64,000 nt of DNA from an uncultured Phycisphaerales bacterium (GTDB taxonomy: Bacteria; Planctomycetota; Phycisphaerae; Sedimentisphaerales; Anaerobacaceae). The stretch spans positions 288,001 to 352,000 of the forward strand of contig CAVYYI010000002.1 in assembly GCA_963772725.1 (NCBI GenBank). The letters are read 5' to 3'. The notes beneath the pieces were generated by a model, which saw only the letters and a program-made list of their open reading frames with translations, did not search any database and had not been told where the DNA came from. A program made the translations under genes and the position numbers. Each line of letters opens with the position of its first letter. Within the stretch, counting starts at the first letter, position 1. Shown in pieces: positions 53,016 to 62,688 of the stretch.

Positions 53016-54445
53016 TAAGATTCCTCCCTGGGTTTAATCCTGTAACCTCCGCCTGTTAGGTCTTCGACTATCCAGCCTTGGTTAAGAATTTCCGACCGTG
53101 TTGCATCAGCCAATTGCCAATTCTTTTCGAGTTTCGCTCTTTTTCTTTCCTCCGCGAGTTCAATTATCTTTTTCGGTACTTCTTTTTCTACAGTTTCCAA
53201 AACTCCTAGTACCGAGTCGATTTTGACGATAGTGTCGAGCATTGCTGAGGCCTCTGTCGAATTCATATCGTCGATTTTGTTAACCTCGCGTATAAAATCA
53301 AAGCAAACAGAAAGAGCTTTTGAAATGTTCAGGTCGTCGCAAAGGGCCGCGTCAAACTCGGAAAGGCAATTAGAGGCGAGTTCCCGCAGGTTAGGCCTGA
53401 CTTCACCTGATTTTGTTTTTTCGCGCAGGTCGGTCAATGTCAGGACGCATTGCTGAATTTTATCTATCGCCTGCTGGGCGGCTTTTATGCCGTCGAATGT
53501 GAAATTATAGTTTTGGCGGTAATGTGAAGAGATAAGGGAATACCGGATAGCGTTTTTCCTGAAACCCTTTTCGATAAGTTCCTGGATTGTGTAAAGGTTG
53601 CCTTTGGATTTGGACATTTTTTCGCCGTCGAACATCAGGAACCTTGTATGGAGCCAATAGTGGACGAATTTTTTTCCGCTGGCGGCCTCGGACTGGGCGA
53701 TTTCGCACTCGTGATGGGGGAAGATGTTATCTTCGCCGCCGGTATGGATATCGAATTCGGACCCCAGATATTTCGAACTCATCACGGAGCATTCGATATG
53801 CCAGCCGGGGAATCCTCTGCCCCAGGGGCTGTCCCACTGCTGAAGGTGTTTTGGGTCGTGCTTCCAGAGGGCGAAGTCCTGCGGATTTTTCTTTTCCTGA
53901 TTGATTTCGATTCTTGCGCCGGCGTTTAATTCGTCGAGGGTGTTGCCGGAAAGCCGGCCGTAATTGGCGAATTTGGTAACATCATAATATACATTGTGGT
54001 CGACAACGTAAGCGTAGCCTTTATCGATGAGAATCTTAATCATATCAATCATTTCTTTGATATGTTCGGTTGCTTTTGGGTATTTATCGGCGGGCTTTAG
54101 ATTCAGGAGGCGGCTTGCCTGCAGGAACGACTCCGTGTAGAATTTTGCGATTTCAAGCGGGTCTTTCTTTAGCTTTTTTGCCGCCTCTTCCAATTTATCG
54201 GCACCCTGGTCGGCATCATCGACGAGATGGCCGACATCGGTTATGTTCATAATATGGGTAACTTTAAAGCCTTTGAATTCAAAGAATCGCTTTAATAAAT
54301 CCGCGACGAGAAAACTCCTGAAATTTCCAATATGGGGGTGTGAATATACGGTCGGGCCGCAACTGTACATTCCGACTTTGCCCTGCTGCAGTGGGATAAA
54401 ATCCTCAACTTTACGTGTTAGCGTATTATAAAGTCTTAAGCTCAT
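53015..54445 (-). CDS. cysS: Cysteine--tRNA ligase
   Basis: CGPTVY, HIGN, GFPGWHIECS, FPHHECE, KMSKS. Confidence 0.98.
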   Translation of the reverse strand: MSLRLYNTLTRKVEDFIPLQQGKVGMYSCGPTVYSHPHIGNFRSFLVADLLKRFFEFKGFKVTHIMNITDVGHLVDDADQGADKLEEAAKKLKKDPLEIAKFYTESFLQASRLLNLKPADKYPKATEHIKEMIDMIKILIDKGYAYVVDHNVYYDVTKFANYGRLSGNTLDELNAGARIEINQEKKNPQDFALWKHDPKHLQQWDSPWGRGFPGWHIECSVMSSKYLGSEFDIHTGGEDNIFPHHECEIAQSEAASGKKFVHYWLHTRFLMFDGEKMSKSKGNLYTIQELIEKGFRKNAIRYSLISSHYRQNYNFTFDGIKAAQQAIDKIQQCVLTLTDLREKTKSGEVRPNLRELASNCLSEFDAALCDDLNISKALSVCFDFIREVNKIDDMNSTEASAMLDTIVKIDSVLGVLETVEKEVPKKIIELAEERKRAKLEKNWQLADATRSEILNQGWIVEDLTGGGYRIKPREES

Positions 54446-54528
54446 ATTTTCTTTCCGACACTAGTTAACACTGATTTACACTGTTTTTTATTAGACACGG
54501 ATTTACACAGATTAACACGGTTTTAAAT

Positions 54529-55533
54529 TTAAGTGTCTTGATGTCTTTCCACAAGTTTAACTATAAGTTTTTGTATCTCATCCCAATAATTCGTATCATC
54601 AATTTCTACCATGGGGCCTCTGCTGGAATAAAGTCGGATTTTGTGATGCTTAGATTCCAAATTGACTTCATCTTCCGACAAATCGAATTCAACTAACAAT
54701 TTTCTTTTACGGAAACGAATAGCCGCTATATTTTTAATGTCGCGCACTCCGATATAGTATTTGACAGGATTAAATGTAAGCGTATTTTTAATTTTGAGAA
54801 AGCTTTTTTTAAGTTTATTATAAATATCATTTACGTTTTCATTACAATCTTTGAGATGAAATTCTTCACTGTATTGGGATGAATCAACAGATTGCATGGC
54901 GGTAGCAGATTCGACTGCATCGCCAAATTCCAGATTTTGAGATGGTGGATTTGCTAATATTATATTTTGGTTTTCATTTTGGAAGTGATTGATAATTTGA
55001 ACTTTAACCCACTTTCCCCATGTATCTAAGCGATTGTTCATTTTTTCTTCAATTTCATGTTTATAGCCGTTAATAACAATCAAAATATTTTGACTATTCT
55101 CCAGAGTGTCTTTCAGAAATCTATAAATTTCTTTTTGGCCAATTAGTTTTTTGAGTTTGCTTTGTAAAGAGTCATCTCGCCTGATAATCGAATCTATTTT
55201 TTCTGTTAATTTATTTCTTTCATGAATATTGCTAAAAAAATCAAAGAATTTATCTATTTGAGGATAAATATGTGAGCGGAAATCATGATTTTGAAGCTCA
55301 ACTTCTACAATGTAAAATTGAGGATTTTCCAAATCTGACAGGTTTATTAATACTCCGTCAGGTATAGTTCCACCAAGTGAAGAATTTTCTATCCGATGTT
55401 TTATGTCGATATAAATAGAGTTTGTGCCAAATATAGTTTCAGCGTTATCGAGTATGAATTTTTCAAATTCATCTTCCTTGTGATAGATTATCTGTTCGCA
55501 ATTTTGTCCATTTAAGAAAATGCTTACGTCCAT
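54529..55533 (-). CDS. Nuclease-like protein: PD-(D/E)xK-like N-terminus plus DUF5655-like C-terminus
   Basis: E.EFE, IPDG, IVEVEL..H; C-terminal YSEEFHL...K.YI....NIA.I; AT-rich. Confidence 0.6.
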   Translation of the reverse strand: MDVSIFLNGQNCEQIIYHKEDEFEKFILDNAETIFGTNSIYIDIKHRIENSSLGGTIPDGVLINLSDLENPQFYIVEVELQNHDFRSHIYPQIDKFFDFFSNIHERNKLTEKIDSIIRRDDSLQSKLKKLIGQKEIYRFLKDTLENSQNILIVINGYKHEIEEKMNNRLDTWGKWVKVQIINHFQNENQNIILANPPSQNLEFGDAVESATAMQSVDSSQYSEEFHLKDCNENVNDIYNKLKKSFLKIKNTLTFNPVKYYIGVRDIKNIAAIRFRKRKLLVEFDLSEDEVNLESKHHKIRLYSSRGPMVEIDDTNYWDEIQKLIVKLVERHQDT

Positions 55534-55535
55534 TA

Positions 55536-55934
55536 TTAGTCATCCTCCACTGAATCGTAACCGAAGATTCTGCGTTTTATTTTGACGGATTGGCCGAAGT
55601 TTATCAACAAGCCGACATTTATTCCAGTAGCTTTCAGATAGTTTACCAATTGCACCTCGTGGATAGGTAAAAGTTCGCTTACGGCTTTTATCTCGATGAT
55701 AATTTTGTCGTCAACAATCATATCAGCGAAGTAATCACCGACTACCTGTTTATGATAAAACACTTTAAGCGGAACTTCAACGTTACATTTTATGCCGTTT
55801 TCGCGCAATTCAATTTCAAGGGCGTTGCCGTATACCTTTTCAGCGAAACCATAACCAAGAGTTTTATGTACCGCATAGGCCGCAGAAATGACTTTCTCGG
55901 ATAACTCTTTATGTTTTAAGGTTTCCATATCCAC
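55536..55934 (-). CDS. GxxExxY protein (PD-(D/E)xK nuclease superfamily)
   Basis: VH..LG.GFAEKVY..AL, ADMIV, IEIKAV, Q..NYLKAT....GLLINFG. Confidence 0.95.
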   Translation of the reverse strand: MDMETLKHKELSEKVISAAYAVHKTLGYGFAEKVYGNALEIELRENGIKCNVEVPLKVFYHKQVVGDYFADMIVDDKIIIEIKAVSELLPIHEVQLVNYLKATGINVGLLINFGQSVKIKRRIFGYDSVEDD

Positions 55935-56000
55935 TCTTTTTATTTTACCGTGTTAATCTGTGTTAATCCGTGTCTAAAAATTCCTGTGTAAATCCATGTC

Positions 56001-56513
56001 CTACAAAGTACGTTTATATTTTCTTTTCAGGAGAACGGCGGCGGTGGCGGCGATGGCCTGGCCATTACCGATATCGCCGAGACCCTCGTTGGTTTTGGCT
56101 TTCACATTGACGGCGTTAAAATCTATGCCTAAAAGGCTGGCGATACACCGTTTAATCTGTCCCTTGAAGGGTTCGAGCCTGGGCTGCTCGGCGTGTATTA
56201 TTAAATCGACATTGACTATCACCCAGCGTTTCTCTTCGAGCTTTTCCTTTACGCTAAGCAACAGGCCTTTACTGTCGGCGTCTTTGTACTGCGTGTCGGT
56301 GTCGGGGAAAAATGTCCCTATATCGCCTAACGCGGCGGCACCGAGCAGAGCGTCGATAATAGCGTGCAGAACAACGTCACCGTCGCTGTGTCCCAGCAGG
56401 CCGAATTGATACGGCACGAGGACTCCTCCGAGCATAAGCTTCCTGTCGGCGGTCAGCCTGTGAATGTCTGTACCTATACCGGTACGATACTCATGGTCGT
56501 GTTCTTCAATCAC
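56001..56513 (-). CDS. ispF: 2-C-methyl-D-erythritol 2,4-cyclodiphosphate synthase
   Basis: G.G.DIH, GHSDGDV..HA..DALLGAA..GDIG..FPD, VKAKT.E.LG. Confidence 0.97.
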   Translation of the reverse strand: MIEEHDHEYRTGIGTDIHRLTADRKLMLGGVLVPYQFGLLGHSDGDVVLHAIIDALLGAAALGDIGTFFPDTDTQYKDADSKGLLLSVKEKLEEKRWVIVNVDLIIHAEQPRLEPFKGQIKRCIASLLGIDFNAVNVKAKTNEGLGDIGNGQAIAATAAVLLKRKYKRTL

Positions 56514-57094
56514 AGTACACCCTTTGTGCTTGGAATATCCTTGCCGATGATTTTGACGGCCATCGCGAGAGCCTGACCAATCGCCTTAAAAATGGCCTCG
56601 GCTATATGATGGCTGTTCGTGCCGTACGGAACGTTAATATGCAGATTGAATTTGCCTGCGTTCGAGAAACTGCGGAGCAATTCCTCGATGCATTCGACAT
56701 CGAAGTCACCGATTTTAGCGGTTTGGTATTCGACCTTGTAAACGCAGCTGCTTCTGCCGGACAAATCTATGGCGACATTGGCAAGAGCGTCTTCCATAGG
56801 TACCGAGCTGTTGCCGTACCGGGCAATGCCTTTTTTATCGCCAAGAGCATTATTCAGACATTCACCGAGACAGATCGCGATATCCTCAACGGTATGATGA
56901 GCATCGACATTGAGGTCACCTTTGGCTCTTACGACTAAATCGATTTTGCCGTGTTTGCTGAGATGGGTGAGCATGTGGTCGAGAAAGCCGATGCCGGTAT
57001 CGATACGGTATTTGCCGATGCCGTCAAGATTCATTTCAAGCTGGACGTCGGTTTCGCTTGTTTTTCTGTGTATTTTAGCGGTTCTGTTTTTCAT
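56510..57094 (-). CDS. hisB: Imidazoleglycerol-phosphate dehydratase
   Basis: TGIGFLDHML, DAHHTVED, N.HH..EA.FKA, PSTKG. Confidence 0.97.
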   Translation of the reverse strand: MKNRTAKIHRKTSETDVQLEMNLDGIGKYRIDTGIGFLDHMLTHLSKHGKIDLVVRAKGDLNVDAHHTVEDIAICLGECLNNALGDKKGIARYGNSSVPMEDALANVAIDLSGRSSCVYKVEYQTAKIGDFDVECIEELLRSFSNAGKFNLHINVPYGTNSHHIAEAIFKAIGQALAMAVKIIGKDIPSTKGVL

Positions 57095-57110
57095 AAAAAT
57101 ATCCTTATTT

Positions 57111-58151
57111 TTATAATATATCTTTCAACGCGGCGAGGAGTTTATCGTTCTGTTGTTTTGAGCCGACTGTTATTCTTAATTTATCGGTCAAACCGGGCAG
57201 ATCAAAATACCTGACATAAATATTCCGCTGGACGAGTTTGTCATAGACTTCGGCAGCGGAACAATTTTTGCACTGCGCAAGGACGAAGTTCGAGGAGCTT
57301 TGAGAAACGGTAAGGCCGAGATTGCGAAGTTCCGCGGTGAGCCTTGCGCGTTCAGTTTTTATTTTTTCAACATTTTGGCGAAGATACTGCTGGTCGTTTA
57401 TAGCGGCAGTGGCAGCGGTAATGGCAATCGCATTTACATTGTAAGAATCCTTGACCTTCATAAGGCCTTCAATCAAAGCTGGCTGGGCCATCGCGTAACC
57501 AAATCGCAGGCCAGCCAGAGAGTAACCTTTGCTCATAGTGCGAAGAACTATAACATTATCGAAATCCCTGACCAGGCAGGCGCAGTTGGCTTCGGCAAAA
57601 TCGACATAAGCCTCGTCGATGAGCAGGATGCCGGTAAGTTCATCGGCAAGCGAAGCGATTTCCGAAACGTTTATAAAGCTGCCGGAAGGGGCATTAGGAT
57701 TGCAGAGGATAGTTAACGCCGCCGCGGCAGAAGCTAATTTGGCCGGCAGGTTGAATTCGGCGTCGAAAGGTATTTCGATAGTTTTGCAGTTTTCGAGTTT
57801 GGCCAGTACGGGATAGAGCGAGTAGGTCGGGACTGGGTATGCCAAAGGCCGGTTTTCATCGCAGAATGCGCGAACGGCGATTGAAAGCAGTTCATCTCCG
57901 CCGTTGCAGCACATAATATTTTCCGGCAACAGGCCGTTAATTTGGGCAGCAACCTGACGAAAGACGTCCGCCAGCGGGTCGGGATATCGACGAAGCTGCT
58001 CAGGGGTTATCTGAGTGATAACCTTTAATACCGCAGGCGAAGGCGGATAGGGATTCTCGTTGGTGTTCAGCTTGACTACATCGGTTTGTTTCGGCTGAAA
58101 ACCCGGCGTATAACCCTCGGTTTTTTCGACGTTTTCACGAAAATATCCCAT
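57111..58151 (-). CDS. hisC: Histidinol-phosphate aminotransferase
   Basis: LNTNENP, NPNAP, DEAY, RT.SK..SLAGLR.G. Confidence 0.95.
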   Translation of the reverse strand: MGYFRENVEKTEGYTPGFQPKQTDVVKLNTNENPYPPSPAVLKVITQITPEQLRRYPDPLADVFRQVAAQINGLLPENIMCCNGGDELLSIAVRAFCDENRPLAYPVPTYSLYPVLAKLENCKTIEIPFDAEFNLPAKLASAAAALTILCNPNAPSGSFINVSEIASLADELTGILLIDEAYVDFAEANCACLVRDFDNVIVLRTMSKGYSLAGLRFGYAMAQPALIEGLMKVKDSYNVNAIAITAATAAINDQQYLRQNVEKIKTERARLTAELRNLGLTVSQSSSNFVLAQCKNCSAAEVYDKLVQRNIYVRYFDLPGLTDKLRITVGSKQQNDKLLAALKDIL

Positions 58152-58258
58152 AGCGATTCCTGTAATTTTAACGGTTTCAGATTATAAGGGTATTTCGGCA
58201 GAAATAAAAGACCTTTTTGACATTATTAAATTAACCACAAATCCGTAAAAGCAGGTTT

Positions 58259-58285
58259 CCCGCTAAGACGCAGATACGCAAAGAA
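58259..58285 (-). repeat. 8-bp-period trimer (CTTTGCGT type)
   Basis: Reverse complement TTCTTTGCGTATCTGCGTCTTAGCGGG resembles 19641-19669. Confidence 0.55.
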
Positions 58286-58373
58286 ATGATAGAGGACAAA
58301 AGACTGATAAGCATTGAAGATGCTGAGAGGATTGCTTATAATGTTAGAAGTAGTCTTGTCTGGCGTTTGAACT

Positions 58374-59363
58374 TTGTTTCAGGTTTATATGAGAGAGAAA
58401 GATATGACTTCGAAAGTAAACGCTGTTTTTAGTGGGGTACGAGGGTTCATCCTATTAGGACTGTTTGTCATTGTTGACTTTTCCCGAGCAATGGCAGGAT
58501 CGATTCCTATGCCTATCGAAGTCAATTTGGATATGGCACGATATGTCGCTATAGGCCGGATAACTCAAATTAAGGAACCAAATGTTCCCAATGCGGATGG
58601 AATACGATGGGGGCAGGCAACGGTCGAGGTCAATGAAGTTCTTAAAGGTCCTCAGGCGAAAACTATCAACTTTCGTGTTGCTACGGAGGTCAGTAAAAAT
58701 TATGGAGGTTCCAGTCCTCCTCGTACCCATAGGGCTGGTGATTCCGGGATTTGGCTGATTGATGCCACCGGCACAGTCTCACATTCGTTCGGCTTACTCC
58801 CCGAAGCTCGCAAGATGTATATTAAGCAGATTCTTAAGACGCTTGAGGAGAGAAGATGGTCAGAACCTGTTAATGGTCTGCGAGCCTGGGCAGCAGTTGT
58901 ATATCCGGATTATAGCGAGAATCTGGACAATCCCAGCGATAATCCTGTAATTATTTTTGCAGTGAAGAATGTTTCTGATGCGGACATCTTTGTTCCGGCT
59001 GAATCCCAAACAGACTTTATTACCGCGACTGTTGTGAGTCAGGATGGTAAAATATATGATTGTGTTCTTGGCAATGTGATGTGGCGAAATTCCGAAACTA
59101 TATTTTGCCGTAAACTACCTGCCGGAGGGACGGTCTATCTGCACCCTGGATATACATGCATTAACCTTGCAAGACAGGATTCCTATCCAGAGAAGAGAGA
59201 TGGATTGCTTCCGGGAAAGTATTCTGTAGTCATCTGCTGTAAAAATGAGAAAGAAGGCGAAATCGCCGATGTCCATGGCGGAACGAAGCAGGTATTGGCA
59301 TGGAAAGGTGTTTTGAAAACTCCACCTGTTGAGCTTGTGCTTAAACCAGAGAAGAAACATTAA
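58374..59363 (+). CDS. Hypothetical secreted protein
   Basis: 329-aa ORF with a signal-like segment; WSEPVNGLR motif precedes a beta-rich domain. Confidence 0.65.
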   Translation: MFQVYMREKDMTSKVNAVFSGVRGFILLGLFVIVDFSRAMAGSIPMPIEVNLDMARYVAIGRITQIKEPNVPNADGIRWGQATVEVNEVLKGPQAKTINFRVATEVSKNYGGSSPPRTHRAGDSGIWLIDATGTVSHSFGLLPEARKMYIKQILKTLEERRWSEPVNGLRAWAAVVYPDYSENLDNPSDNPVIIFAVKNVSDADIFVPAESQTDFITATVVSQDGKIYDCVLGNVMWRNSETIFCRKLPAGGTVYLHPGYTCINLARQDSYPEKRDGLLPGKYSVVICCKNEKEGEIADVHGGTKQVLAWKGVLKTPPVELVLKPEKKH

Positions 59364-59433
59364 AAAAATCCCTGAAAAGGTATAATATGAATAGCGGTAT
59401 TTCAATTAAATCTTTTGTGGCTGGGAGAATGAA

Positions 59434-59718
59434 ATGATTGTAATTCGGACATGCTGGTATCTCTGTATAATATTTCTTGCGACGTTTGTGTGTACATCAG
59501 CAATCACGGTTGTTCCTGATAAAGAAAATGAAGTAGCTATAATTATGCGGATTTTTCTTATCCTGAGTATTTTAGCCGGTATCGCAGGGTTGCTGCTTCG
59601 AATATATTTTAAGAATCATCCTGAAGCCGTAATTTTCAAATCAAAGGTAGTTTCAAGATTTTGCATAGGGATTTCCATTGCTCTGACGCTGATATTTCTG
59701 TTATTTGTGGTTGGATGA
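59434..59718 (+). CDS. Small hypothetical membrane protein
   Basis: Three TM segments, GGGAG RBS. Confidence 0.55.
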   Translation: MIVIRTCWYLCIIFLATFVCTSAITVVPDKENEVAIIMRIFLILSILAGIAGLLLRIYFKNHPEAVIFKSKVVSRFCIGISIALTLIFLLFVVG

Positions 59719-59725
59719 GTAACAA

Positions 59726-59779
59726 CTCCGCGATAAATCGCGGGGCTAACTAACTATACCCTATACCCTGTCCCCTATT
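59726..59779. repeat. REP-like hairpin plus heptamer tract overlapping the accD stop
   Basis: CTCCGCGAT-AA-ATCGCGGGG; CTATACC CTATACC CTGTCCC CTATTTC. Confidence 0.6.
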
Positions 59780-60616
59780 TCTGGCAGTAGTCGATGAGGC
59801 GGGCGATTTCGCTTCGAAGGTCTTTGCGGTGGACAATCATATCGACAAAGCCGTGTTCGAGCAGAAATTCCGCGGTCTGGAAACCTTCCGGCAGTTCGAC
59901 TTTTATTGTTTCGGCAATTGTTCGCGGGCCGGCAAAACCGATTAATGCCTTGGGTTCGGCTATGATAATGTCGCCCAGCATCGCGAAACTCGCCGTTACG
60001 CCGCCGGTAGTGGGGTCGGTAAGAACGGAGATAAAAAGCCCCCCTGCCTGGTCGAATTTGGCGACAGCGGCGCTGGTTTTGGCCATTTGGCCGAGCGAGA
60101 CGACGCCTTCGTGCATCCTGGCCCCGCCTGAACAGCATATAGCTATAAAAGGGAGCTTTTCTTCAATGGCTTTATCGACGGCGGCACAGAATTTTTCGCC
60201 GACGACGTCACCCATCGAACCCATCAGAAAATTCGGCTCCATCACGGCCAGCATAACCCCTCTGCCCTTGATGAAGGCCTTGCCGATTCGTATGGCTTCT
60301 TTTGAGCCGCTTTTTTTCTCATCGGCCTTGAGACGCTGCTTATAGGTCGTGCCTCTGAACTTGAAATCGAGCGGGTCGTTGGCGGTCAAATCGCTGTGCA
60401 TTTCCTGAAATGAACCCTCATCGACCAGATATTTGATACGGGTAACAGCATCGATGCGGAAATGATAATCGCATTTGGGGCATACGTTAAAGTTCTACTC
60501 GACCTCGCTTTTGTAAAGCATCTGCTCGCATGCAGGACAACGCGTCCAAAGCCCGCCGGCATCTCCTTTCGGGGCTTGAGCGAAAAACCATTCCATTTCG
60601 ATTTGTTTTTAGCCAT
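59775..60616 (-). CDS. accD: Acetyl-CoA carboxylase carboxyltransferase beta subunit (frameshifts)
   Basis: MGSMG, SGGARM.EG..SL.QM, PTTGGVTASFA, IGFAGPR. Confidence 0.95.
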
Positions 60617-60665
60617 AAGTCGTCATTAGATATTAGCAAAAATTCCGGGATAATGCCACGAAAAA

Positions 60666-61329
60666 TTATGACGCGGCCTTTCTTATGGCCTTTATCGCAG
60701 CGACGGTCGGTTTGGCAAAAATCGCGTTGCCGGCCACAAGGGTATCCGCCCCATAGAGCAACGACCTAGGCGCAGTGTTAGAGTCGATGCCGCCATCAAC
60801 TTCGACACGGATATCGGGGCCGACAATTTTTCTTACTTCGGCAATTTTTTTCGCGGCCTGCAGGCATAAATTTCTGTCCGCCAAAGCCCGGATGACCGTC
60901 ATCACCAGAATCATATCGCAAAGCGGGGCAACAGTCTTCGATTGCTTTGACAGGCGTTTCTGGATTTAGACATATCCCGGCGGTACAGCCAAGGCCGTGC
61001 AGTATCATCGATGAGTTTCTCGGGCTCATCGGTAACTTCGATATGAAATGTTATATGATTAGCGCCGGCTTCGACGAAATGCTCGATATATTTGCAGGGT
61101 CAGTTATCATCAGGTGAGCGTCGAAAACAAGTTTGCTGTGTTTGCGAAGTTTGGCGACAACCGGCGGGCCGATCGTGATATTGGGAACAAAATGGCCGTC
61201 CATAACATCAAGATGAACCATCTTCACACCCGCTGATTCAATCTGGGCGATTTCGTCAGCCAGCCTGGCGAAATCAGCGCTGAGTATCGACGGCGCAATC
61301 TCAATTGTACCTGGTTTGGGCAATTTCAT
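60666..61329 (-). CDS. rpe: Ribulose-phosphate 3-epimerase (several frameshifts)
   Basis: APSILSADF, HLDVMDGHFVPNITIG, LNPETP, VEVDGG. Confidence 0.93.
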
Positions 61330-61346
61330 TTAAAGTTTTCTATTTA

Positions 61347-62587
61347 TTACTTTTCGTCCAGGATTTCGAGGCAGACGAATTTTTTGCCTTCGAGAAATTC
61401 CAGGCTCGCTCCGCCGCCGGTTGAAATATGGCTGACCTTGTCTTCCAGGCCGAGCTTCTTGATGGCGCTTGCGCTGTCGCCGCCGCCGATAATGCTTCTT
61501 GCACCTTTATCGGTCGCGTCTGCGACCGCCAGAGCGACAGCTTTTGTGCCCTCATCAAAAGGCGGCATCTCGAAAACGCCCATCGGGCCGTTCCAGACGA
61601 TCGTTTTGGCGTTATTAATCTTTTCAGCGAAAAGTTTGCGGGTCGCCGGGCCGATATCCAGTCCCTGCCAGCCGTCTTCGATATCGCCTGTGACGATCTT
61701 GTTCTCTGCGCCGGCCTTGAATTCCTTTCGCAACAACCGTATCGACAGGCAGAACTATCTCGCAGCCTGCTGTTTTGGCCTTATTAAGCAGTTCATTGGC
61801 CTTGGCAGACAAAATCATCTTCGCAAAGCTGTTGCCGACGATTTACCCTGGCCTTGAAAAATGTATAGGCCATCGCGCCGCCAATGAGGATGCTGTTAAC
61901 TTTGCTAATCAGATTTTCAATCACGCCGATTTTATCCGAGACTTTTGCCCCGCCGAGAATCGCCACAAAAGGCCTGACCGGATTGTTGACGGTATCGCCA
62001 AGGAATTTCAGTTCCTTCTCAATCAAGAATCCGGTTACGCGGGGTTTGCCCTTCATCAGTAACGGGCACAGTGTACATCGAGGCGTTGTCCCTGTGAGCA
62101 GTGCCGAATGCGTCATCGACATATACATCGCCCAAGATCGGCAATCTGCTTTGCGAAATCATCTTTTGCCTTGCGAAGATTCGGGTCGTCCTTGGCCTTT
62201 TTATCTTTGATTTCTTCTTCCTTGTGGAAGCGCAGATTTTCAAGAAGCATGACATCGCCCATCTTCAGTGCGACTGGCTTTGGCCTTTACATCAGGGCCG
62301 ATGCAGTCATCGGCGAAAATAACTTTTTTGCCCAGAAGTTCCGACAGCCTTTTTGCGACGGGAGCCAATGACTCTTCCGGGTTTTTTTTGCCTTCCGGCC
62401 TGCCAAGATGACTCATCAGAATTAACGCGCCGCCTTTATCGAGAACGTGCTTTATTGTCGGCAGCGCCTTTACGATTCGGTCGTCACTTGTGATATTGCA
62501 GTTATCGTCGAGCGGCACATTGAAATCGCACCGCATCAAAACCTTTTTGCCTTTTACGTTAATATCCGCAACTGTTTTCTTGGCCAT
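61347..62587 (-). CDS. pgk: Phosphoglycerate kinase (several frameshifts)
   Basis: [47 protein letters not shown]. Confidence 0.95.
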
Positions 62588-62626
62588 ATTTTATACCCGC
62601 CTTTCATAATTATATAAAATAATTCC

Positions 62627-62677
62627 ACCGCAGAGCATCTGGCACGGCCTAAAAAGCTGTGCCAGAACCTCTGTGGT
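62627..62677. repeat. Long hairpin between gap and pgk
   Basis: ACCGCAGAG..CTGGCACGGC-loop-GCTGTGCCAG..CTCTGTGGT. Confidence 0.6.
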
Positions 62678-62688
62678 TTATACTTACT

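Larger units (their letters stand above)
54457..56000 (-). mobile_element. Candidate repeat-bounded module (GxxExxY plus cargo) inserted between ispF and cysS
   Basis: 31-bp inverted repeats at 54491-54521 and 55947-55977 (30/31) plus outer degenerate copies ending GACA.../...TGTC. Confidence 0.7.

Noticed and set aside
54446..56006. Target-site duplication around the GxxExxY module
   Set aside because: The flanks (CTTTCC left, CTACAA right) share no direct repeat beyond one base.
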